Below are positions 56,663 to 64,000 of a stretch of 64,000 bases of DNA, piece by piece. The DNA comes from an uncultured Chloroflexia bacterium (GTDB lineage: Bacteria; Chloroflexota; Anaerolineae; Anaerolineales; UBA4823): contig CAVZEP010000008.1 of assembly GCA_963774275.1 (NCBI GenBank), positions 43,858-107,857 of the forward strand. Direction: 5' to 3'. Position 1 is the stretch's first letter. Every line of letters starts with the position of its first letter. A program made the translations under genes and the position numbers. The notes beneath the pieces are model-generated. The model had not been told where the DNA came from, did not search any database, and was given only the letters and a program-made list of their open reading frames with translations.

Positions 56663-57443
56663 TTAGGGCTGCTTGTAACGATCGTTGAGCAATCTTTGTA
56701 AGAAGGAAGCATTCGCGGGTGCGTAGCCTCCGAAATCATTATTAAAGAAAATATACACCCGCTTCGCTCCCCGCTTTACCAGATCGCGCCCAAGCTCGGC
56801 AATTTCCCTCAGCTCATCGTCTGAATAATTGTACGCATACCACTCTTTCCGCCCATGCAGACGGAGGTAAGCCCGGTCGGAGGTGAGGCTGTCGGTGATC
56901 TTTTGCTCGGGTGAATCAATATTGCAAATCGTCACCCCAGCTGTGCGTAGCAGGCTCAATCGTATCTTGGTTAAACCATATCTGGTGGCGAAATTCGACT
57001 ACCACCCTGCTCGGATCAGGAAATGCCAGTAAGGCTTTTTGCAATCGCTCCAGGTCATAAGGAGTGTTGGGAGCCACCTGCAACAAGATCATTTCGAATT
57101 TTTCCTGAAGCAAGGTGCAGGAACGGTAAAAAGCACTGGCATCCGCTTCGACATCGATTAAGAACTTGCGATGGGTGATCAATTTAGGGGCTTTGAGAAC
57201 AAAGCCAAAGCCTTGTGGAGCACGTTCCCCCCAATTTTGATATGTCTGGTCCTTGAAGGTGTGGTAGAAAGTGGCGTTGACCTCGACGGCTGAAAATTGG
57301 CGGGCGTAAAAATCAAACCAGCTCTTCTGAGGCAGGTTTGCTGGGTAAAACAGTCCCTTCCAGTGGTTATAGGTCCACCCGCAGGTGCCGATGAAAAAGA
57401 CGGGCTGGTTTCGAGTGAATAGATCAATGCGGGTCAGGTTCAC
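56663..57443 (-). pseudogene. DUF72 family protein; frame broken near 56954-56960
   Basis: The motifs are FFIGTCGWTYNHWKGLFYP and FSAVEVNATFY. ORF 56916..57443 derails after ...WFNQDTI, and the +1 frame continues SLLRTAGVTICNIDSPEQ...YIFFNND (56663..56959). Confidence 0.75.
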
Positions 57444-57769
57444 TCGGCGAACATTTCCATCAAAATTGCCAAAACATTTTTCTGGGTGATGAGATTGATT
57501 TTCCCAAGCTTTTTGACGAGTCGTAACTTATCTACTGTGCGAATTTGATCCAACACGATCTGCCCATCCTTCCCTTCGAACCGGCACTTGACCCGTGTTG
57601 GGTAATCATGTGATTTGGTTGTCATGGGGGCAATGATCACCGTGGCTATATGGTCGTTCATTTCGTCTGGAGATATGATCAGACAGGGACGTATTTTTTG
57701 AATCTCTTTCCCAATCGTTGGGTCCAAATTAATGAGGTAGACTTCGAAGCGCTTCACTACCATGTCCAT
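57440..57769 (-). CDS. mazF: MazF/PemK-family endoribonuclease toxin
   Basis: The motifs are RFEVYLINLDPTIGKEIQKIRPCLIISPDEMN...VIIAPMTT and LDQIRTVDKLRL. Confidence 0.85.
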   Translation of the reverse strand: MDMVVKRFEVYLINLDPTIGKEIQKIRPCLIISPDEMNDHIATVIIAPMTTKSHDYPTRVKCRFEGKDGQIVLDQIRTVDKLRLVKKLGKINLITQKNVLAILMEMFAE

Positions 57770-58020
57770 TCATCCTCATCCCATTGAGTGGAAGATACCT
57801 GGTCTAGTAGCTGGTCATCTCCTTGTGCCGCCATCGCCGAAAAATGTGCTTCCCAATCCTGACGCGGGTTGTGGGCAGAATGGATGATAAGTTTATCGCC
57901 TTCAATAGTCATTTCAACGTCATTGGTTAACCCTGCTTGCTCCAATAACGCACGCGGGATGCGGATGCCTCGTGAATTACCGATTTTTACCACTTTTGAG
58001 CGAACTGTCATGCTCATCAT
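57757..58020 (-). CDS. mazE: MazE/AbrB/SpoVT-fold antitoxin
   Basis: It has the VVKIGNSRGIRIPRALLEQAGL swapped-hairpin motif and overlaps mazF by 13 nt. Confidence 0.8.
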   Translation of the reverse strand: MMSMTVRSKVVKIGNSRGIRIPRALLEQAGLTNDVEMTIEGDKLIIHSAHNPRQDWEAHFSAMAAQGDDQLLDQVSSTQWDEDEWTW

Positions 58021-58074
58021 TCACCTCCAGAAAGTAATTACATTGTAACCACATTCGAGGTGCTTGTCAATAAA

Positions 58075-58740
58075 TTATCCGATGATTGAACCATAAAACT
58101 GATATATTTTTTTGCCCCATAACTCGTAGTCGATCATATGTATCACAAGGTGTACTGACCCATGCGCCGGAAAAATCTGCCTGGCACCTTTCGCAATGAG
58201 CGTGCGCCAGCTGGCTTTTACCAGCTCCCCTGCCTCACCCCAGGCATATTCCAGCGGTGTCAGGTCACCTGTAAATACCGAGCCATCGTCCAGGAGCAGC
58301 GACACGCTATCGTCCGAATGCCCCGGTGTGGACAGGATCTCACCAGGGATACCAATCTGTGCGAGCAATGCACGACTCTCCGGGAAGGAGATGGTCACAT
58401 TGCCATCTAATGAGATGTCTACATAATGGTCCTGAGGTTTGGTGAACTGTTTCATCAGCGGAATAGCTTGGATCTGGGTCTCCAACACGAGCAGCGGAAT
58501 ACCTGCCAGCTTGAGCTCCTGAGCCAGACCCAGCATGGTCAATGTGGTAATGGGTTGCCAGCGCATAACGAATTTCCGTTAAGCGGGATGTCCATTTGCT
58601 TGAGCCGTGCCCGCATGGTCCCCATCGTGCCCGGGTACCCCAGGTCCACCAAGCAACCGATTCCTACCCACACTGACCACCCAATAATTGGTGGACAGAT
58701 ATCCGACGTTGACGATGGTGAGAGGCATAGGTTCAGGCAT
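58075..58740 (-). pseudogene. MBL-fold metallo-hydrolase; three +1 frame breaks within ~125 nt (near 58651, 58578 and 58529)
   Basis: The four pieces read MPEPMPLTIVNVGYLSTNYWVVSVGRNRLL / VDLGYPGTMGTMRARLKQMDIPLN / EIRYALATHYHIDHAG / LAQELKLAGIPLLV...TPGHSDDS... Each piece is in the next frame. The HxHxDH motif (HYHIDH) is visible only after correction. Confidence 0.75.
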
Positions 58741-58981
58741 GGAATCATTGTCCCTTAAGGCAATTATGCCATAGGATAATTGAAGCAGTCTTAATCTGTG
58801 GAGAGAACTCCAATAGAAAAATCAATAGCTTGCTAAATGGTGCACAAGTCAAACAATATTACGATGCTTTAGTTTTCACAACATAATTTTATAAATTACT
58901 GACTGGATGATGCAAGATTGGCAGGCAAGGATTGCCACTTGTTCTGCTGGGCTTGTTACCCCGGGTTTCATGTCAATCAGG

Positions 58982-60829
58982 CTATATAGCTGGGCTTCCA
59001 CCATCCAATTGGGATAAACTCGTGCCTGTCAATTCCTGGTGCGCATCGCGTAATGCCTTTGGGTCCATTTTCTCAACCTTGCGATCATAGGTCAAAAAAC
59101 CGTTGATTTCGGTTTCAACGTCGGTCGTTTGGGTATAGATGGCGGCTGCCAGGCCTTGCGGGATCAGGGGTTTCAGCTCATTTTCCAGCAGCGCAAGATA
59201 GGCATCGGTCAGGGCTTGCGGGGTATCGAAAAAGCGATAGCCAAATTTCATTCTTTCATCCCATACATGACCGGGAATTTTCAAACTATAACCACCGAAC
59301 TCGGTGATGGCGAAGGCACGCTTGTTGTCTCTATGGCGTTTTAGTTTTTTGATATAGATGTGCTTGCTTTTAAAGTCTCCTCCACCTTGATCGAACCAAC
59401 CGGAAGCGTGATCCACGAGACGGGTTGGGTCATACGCTTTTAGCCATTTCGATATTTTATAGGCTTGGAACTGCCCCCAGCTTTCGTTAAATGGAACCCA
59501 GACGGCAATGCAGGGAGAATTATACAGATGGTCCACCATTCCCTGTAGCTCACTGCGAAAATTAGCGCGATTGCCTTCGTTCGTTCGACCAAACCGGCTT
59601 AACCCGCGCGTATCATTGCGGTGAAATCCAAATATCTGCGTAATGATTGATACCGTTTCGCCGTCTATCAATCCGCCATTAGGCATATCCTGCCACACAA
59701 TCATCCCAAGACGGTCGCAGTGGTAATACCAGCGCAGCGGCTCGATCTTGACGTGCTTGCGGATCATATTGCAGCCGATCTGGCGGGTATACTCGATGTC
59801 GAATAGCATCGCTTCTTCTGTTGGTGGTGTGTACAATCCATCGGGAAAGTAGCCCTGGTCCAGCGTTCCGTACAGAAATAAAGGCTTGCCATTCAGTGCA
59901 AATCGCAGATATCCATCAGACCCGCGCACCAACCCGAATTGACGCATGGCAAAATAACTGCCAACTTCATCCAGCACCTGACCCTCCTGGGTAAGCCGTA
60001 CACGCAAATCATAGAGCGTTGGATTGGTGGGGCTCCATGGTTTTGGATCGCGGATGCTGAGTTTGAGTGCTGCGTTTACGTCTCCAGTGACCGAGGTGAT
60101 AAAATCTCCATTTAAACTGGCTTCCGCCTCGAGGCGCACTGATTTGGCTTGCATCGCGCCCCGAATGACCACTTCCACAGTCAGCTCTTGGAGGTCCAGA
60201 TGGGGAGTCAACTTCAACGATTTGATACTGATACCGGGTACGCCTTCCAACCAGACTGTCTGCCAGATGCCAGAGACGGACGTGTACCATATGCCCTTTG
60301 GGTGGAGGGTTTGCTTGCCGCGCTGCTGCATTCCCGTGTCGGTTGGATCGCATACCGAGACGATCAGTTCATTCTCGTCCAATTGTAGCGAGTCTGTAAT
60401 ATCCAGGGTGAATGGCAGGTAACCGCCACGGTGCTCCCCAACGAGATTGTCATTCACCCAAACTTTACACTCCTCATCGACCGCCCCAAAGTGCAATAAA
60501 ATTCTCCATCCTCCTTCAGCACTACCATCCCGGCACAAATAGGGACGTGGATCCTGGAAAGTTCGCCGGTACCATAATTTTTGATTAGGCATCAGGGATT
60601 TTTGCACGCCTGATAGGTACGACTCGAGTGCATACGGCACCAGAATGGTACCATCGGTTGATTGTAGAGCAGTACTGTCCAGGGGGAGGATCGCAAAATC
60701 CCACAACCCATTTAGATTTATCCAATCCGGGCGCTTCATCTGTGGGCGGGGATATTCGGGTAGGGGGCAGGGTACTGCGGGAGTCCATGCTGTTTGCAAA
60801 GGGATGCGTGGATTGGATTCGTTGAGCAA
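58982..60829 (-). CDS. Glycoside hydrolase family 2 protein
   Basis: The GH2 sugar-binding block reads [35 protein letters not shown], followed by a TIM-barrel part with WVPFNESWG. Confidence 0.8.
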   Translation of the reverse strand: MLNESNPRIPLQTAWTPAVPCPLPEYPRPQMKRPDWINLNGLWDFAILPLDSTALQSTDGTILVPYALESYLSGVQKSLMPNQKLWYRRTFQDPRPYLCRDGSAEGGWRILLHFGAVDEECKVWVNDNLVGEHRGGYLPFTLDITDSLQLDENELIVSVCDPTDTGMQQRGKQTLHPKGIWYTSVSGIWQTVWLEGVPGISIKSLKLTPHLDLQELTVEVVIRGAMQAKSVRLEAEASLNGDFITSVTGDVNAALKLSIRDPKPWSPTNPTLYDLRVRLTQEGQVLDEVGSYFAMRQFGLVRGSDGYLRFALNGKPLFLYGTLDQGYFPDGLYTPPTEEAMLFDIEYTRQIGCNMIRKHVKIEPLRWYYHCDRLGMIVWQDMPNGGLIDGETVSIITQIFGFHRNDTRGLSRFGRTNEGNRANFRSELQGMVDHLYNSPCIAVWVPFNESWGQFQAYKISKWLKAYDPTRLVDHASGWFDQGGGDFKSKHIYIKKLKRHRDNKRAFAITEFGGYSLKIPGHVWDERMKFGYRFFDTPQALTDAYLALLENELKPLIPQGLAAAIYTQTTDVETEINGFLTYDRKVEKMDPKALRDAHQELTGTSLSQLDGGSPAI

Positions 60830-60842
60830 GCTTTTTCCTTTT

Positions 60843-62823
60843 CTAAGCTTTCACCCAGACAGTCATTTGAGAAGGACCGCGGTTTCCCCATAGGAAGTAG
60901 GGGATAAAGGTGAGCGCGGTTCCTTCTTTTGTTGCTCCCTGGAGCTTGATAATTCCACCCAGCATAGATTTATCGAGGACCGGCACCAGCGAATCTGGGT
61001 TTAGCCGCGCAGTGAAGATATCTATGCCAGGATTATCGATACTTTCAAGACAATATACCAGCGGACCGCGCGTCACAGCGGCTTTCCCACTGTGTCCTTT
61101 AACGCTCGGGAGGGCGCGGCGCAGGCGGACCGGCATTTCAAAATCGATCTCGATCTCGTCTGCTGAGGACCAGGGATGATTTATCGGCACAAATACTGCG
61201 GATCGTGGGTCAAAGCCGGAGGCCGGGTTATCCATTCCAATAATTTTCCTCGAGCCAGTACCAATGAGCTTACCGTTGAGGTGAAGGTGCATAACGTCGG
61301 TCCATGACGGTTGGCGCAACTTAAGCTCAAACGGGATAGCTTGATCCGGTTGGGAGGCGATCTTGATCCGAACATGTCCATCCCACGGAAAACCTGAATC
61401 CATCCCCACATTGACCAGGACGGTACCACCGCTGTCAAGCGGGATGGTTTGATTGTGCAATTCGCTGCTGATATATTGGTGGATTTGTAATTTACCCAGC
61501 TCAGCAGAGAAAATGTACTTCCCCAGGTCTGCCAGGGTCCGAGATAGGTTTGACGGACAGCAAGGGACCGCGAACCAGGGTTGGCGAATGAATGTTTCTC
61601 GGCAAGTGAGAGGATTGTTGTAGAAGTAAGAGTTTCCATCCAGTCCCATACCCACCGAAGCCGCGTTATAGAGCTGCCATTCGAACAGGTCGCTGTATTT
61701 TGCCTCACCCGTCAATTGCGTCATCTCCCAATTCCAGTACAGGCTGGCAATGGCAGCACAGGTTTCCGCATACGCATACTCGGGATCGAGCTCGTCATCG
61801 TTACCGAAGCCTTCCAGCCCGGGCACTGAACCGATGCCACCGGTGACGTACATACGGCGCATCAGCATGTGTTCCCAGGCTTGACTGAGGGCGGGCAGCA
61901 GGGTCTGATCACCGGTTTCACGCGCCAACATGGATACCGCAGTTTCCAAATAGCCGAAACGGACGGAATGCCCAACCGGTACAGTTTGCTTTCGAACCGG
62001 CACATGCTGTTGGAAGTATTTGCCGCTCAACGCGCTGGCGTACCAACGAAGAGGTGTGTTGGATTTTTTGGGAGAGGAATTTCCGGGCGGTAGCTGGAAG
62101 GGTTTGAACCCGGGATGGTGAGCCAAATATTCCTGCCTCTGATGCTGTACAAGTTTTCTGCGCTGACCTACGCGTATATTCTGCAGGATAAGCGACAGGG
62201 CAAAGCGCCTGGAGCGTCCACGTTGTTCGATGAACTGGCGTCCCATTTCCAGGTAGACCGTGTCACCCGGGACGATTTGATGCAGCCGCAACAGGGCGAT
62301 TTCGATTTCTTCGTGCCCTGGAGTATATTCCGCACTTTTTCCGTGAAAATCCGCCACGATCCGGTCAGCCGCACCTCGGGCGATGTCCAGCAGATTCCGT
62401 GCGACTGGTGGCAATATAATGCGAGACACCTGCTTCGATTAAATGGCCATGACAATAAAGCTCGTGTTCAATCTGCAAGTTCTGCCAGCGCACACCAGGG
62501 AAGTGGATCTGGTTATAGGTGAACAAATAACCATCGGGCATTTGGGCGTGTGCCAGAAGGTCGATCAAGGTGTCCATCAATGTTGCCAGCCGGGGGTTCG
62601 GGTGGGAAGTCCAGATGCGGGAGGCAGCATCGAGCCACTTGTAAGCGTCTGAATCCGCGAAAAACCAACCTTCGCGAAAACCTTCCGCTTTTCCGGCACA
62701 AATGCGAAAATTTTCGATACAGCCCGATGCCTCTAGCTGGTCCCACTGATGAAAGATTGCCCGTTGTGCGTTGAGCTCAAGCCGGGTAGACCAGTAATCA
62801 CCCCGGATGGTTGCGTGGGTCAT
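60843..62823 (-). pseudogene. Glycoside hydrolase family 127 (beta-L-arabinofuranosidase-like, DUF1680); frame broken near 62425-62432
   Basis: The start is ATG 62823 (MTHATIRGDYW...). ...ELYCHGHLIEAGVSHYIATS derails, and the +1 frame continues RNLLDIARGAADRIV...GHEEIEIALLRLH... (60843..62429). Confidence 0.75.
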
Positions 62824-62824
62824 T

Positions 62825-64000
62825 TTATTTCCGGGTCTGAAGGAAGAATAATGGAATGAGCGCCAACAAGGAGATTGCTGACCCCACCTGGAAAATAATC
62901 GGTACCGGAATGAAACCAGCCTGACCATTAAGCGTGGTAGGGATGCCAAAGTTTTGGATCAAGAGCGAGCCAATCCACGGACCGATCACCATGGGGATGG
63001 CGATCCAGAATATCATGCGGATGCCGAGGAACTTGCCACGGTTCTGTTCGGGAAGCAAATCTTTGAGCCAGGCAACAGAGGCGATGGATACAGCCACAGA
63101 AAAAGCCTGCCATAAAAAGCCGGTCAGCGCGAGCAACGGCAGAGTTTTGACCAGAGATAACAGGACTCCACCCATGCTGCTCACTACCAGCGCGATGGCG
63201 ATCATCAGGCGCTTATTCCAGCGGTCGGCGAGGATGCCAAAGGGAATGGCAACCAGGGCACTGCCCAGCATCACCGATCCGCCGATGATGCTAAATTCTG
63301 TCTTTGTTACGCCAAGGTAGTTATTCAGATAGACGATAAGGTAGGGAAATGAGACTTGCATACCGATGCTGGTGATCATGATAAAGAGCAGCAAAATAAA
63401 AAGCTTGCGGTTTTGCCGGAGAGTGCTGAGGTTGAACAATTCGGCAAATTCCACCCAAAAGGGCTTACGGGGTGCGTCGGTAACCGATAATGGGGCATCT
63501 CGCAGGTAACTGCCAGCTACCAGCCCAACCACAATGACTATTCCACCTAAAGCATAGAAGAACATGAAATAACCAACTTTGTCAATCAACATTCCTGCAG
63601 CGACCATGGCGACGATCTGAGCAAGGAAAACACTGAGGTTGAGCACCCCTTCCACCCTACCGCGCTGGTCGCTGGAGGCAATATCGGTTGTCCAGGCGTT
63701 GAAAGCAGCATCGTTGGCGGTGGAGCCAAAGAAGGTCATCAGCGAGTCTGCGACGACAACCATGATGATCGCCACACTGCTTGTTTTGATATAGGCTACG
63801 GTTGGAAAAAGGATGGTTGAAAGTCCCCAGAAGATATATCCAAGCAAGATGAACGGGCGACGGCGTCCCCAACGCGAACGGGTGCGGTCACTCAAAGTGC
63901 CCATCAAGAGCGTGGTGAGCGTGGCGGTGATGGCGCTGGCAGCAACCATCCACGCAATGGGACGCGGGTCGGGTGTGATGGTATCAAAGACAAAGGTATT
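62825..64000 (-). CDS. MFS/GPH-family sugar transporter, 5'-partial (continues beyond the window)
   Basis: It is multi-TM with DRTRSRWGRRRPF (the GPH/MFS loop 2-3 motif). The frame stays open to position 64000, and the stop lies 1 nt before the GH127 ATG. Confidence 0.75.
   Translation of the reverse strand, partial: NTFVFDTITPDPRPIAWMVAASAITATLTTLLMGTLSDRTRSRWGRRRPFILLGYIFWGLSTILFPTVAYIKTSSVAIIMVVVADSLMTFFGSTANDAAFNAWTTDIASSDQRGRVEGVLNLSVFLAQIVAMVAAGMLIDKVGYFMFFYALGGIVIVVGLVAGSYLRDAPLSVTDAPRKPFWVEFAELFNLSTLRQNRKLFILLLFIMITSIGMQVSFPYLIVYLNNYLGVTKTEFSIIGGSVMLGSALVAIPFGILADRWNKRLMIAIALVVSSMGGVLLSLVKTLPLLALTGFLWQAFSVAVSIASVAWLKDLLPEQNRGKFLGIRMIFWIAIPMVIGPWIGSLLIQNFGIPTTLNGQAGFIPVPIIFQVGSAISLLALIPLFFLQTRK

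Noticed and set aside
125-62823. Programmed +1 ribosomal frameshifting or transcriptional slippage as an explanation for the frame breaks.
   Set aside because: The sites share no common heptamer or stall-codon context that I can see, only one is a homopolymer, and they occur in 13 unrelated gene families, with three within 125 nt in one gene. Systematic insertion error is far more parsimonious. The point is kept as a finding to be checked with reads.
1-64000. A search by eye for tRNA, rRNA, tmRNA, RNase P, riboswitch-like leaders, IS elements, integrases and prophage genes.
   Set aside because: I recognised none. The intergenic regions are short (<=460 bp) and contain only the promoters, hairpins and repeats listed. 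A covariance-model scan (tRNAscan-SE, Infernal/Rfam) would be needed to exclude small RNAs.

Overview
This is a 64-kb chromosomal segment. Most genes are roughly 55-65% GC by hand counts of sampled lines, and many starts are preceded by a TTTGGAGG-type Shine-Dalgarno. The gene content (PKD-rich giant secreted proteins, IOR/ACD/Acs acyl-CoA metabolism, a DUF4097/LiaX-like cluster) suggests a Chloroflexota/Anaerolineae-like anaerobe, but that is inference only.

I count about 50 protein-coding genes. I found no rRNA, tRNA, CRISPR array, transposase or integrase.

Gene order:
- 125-4627: YbhGFSR-like ABC efflux operon.
- 4790-8944: a small ORF behind a strong promoter, then five genes whose products all carry one ~25-aa helical motif (DUF2089, two DUF4097 proteins, and a membrane/soluble paralogue pair).
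- 9022-19615: MFS transporter, GNAT, a 1.57k-aa C25-peptidase/PKD protein, a ChrB-like gene, an MsbA-like exporter, and an SGNH lipoprotein.
- 19689-22091: SIS and GH4 sugar genes.
- ~22.1-29.5 kb: a low-GC (~40%) accessory island with a 1025-aa SIR2-(degenerate STAND)-TPR gene, a lipoprotein, VapBC and AbiE.
- 29562-39353: PlsC/DagK, YgiD, a GNAT-like gene, SMR, DUF3237, acs, iorBA, and a c-type cytochrome-like gene.
- 39605-46945: MalT-like regulator, a membrane protein, an ABC-2 exporter and a small ORF.
- 47045-55985: a membrane protein, an ADP-forming acyl-CoA synthetase (ACD), a ~1.43k-aa surface protein bracketed by a degenerate duplicate of the ACD 3' end, and a Gly/Ser-rich protein.
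- 56044-64000: DtxR remnant, DUF72, MazEF, MBL hydrolase, and a GH2-GH127-GPH transporter operon running off the right edge.

The most pervasive oddity is 16 single-nucleotide frame disruptions in 13 genes. Fifteen of them need a +1 shift (one extra base in the sequence), which points to insertion-type sequence error rather than biology. I list these genes as 'pseudogene' with merged coordinates.

The best candidates for new biology are (i) the isolated SIR2-STAND-TPR gene with an apparently dead P-loop, and (ii) the shared-motif five-gene cluster.

All domain calls are from motif recognition by eye; no searches were run.
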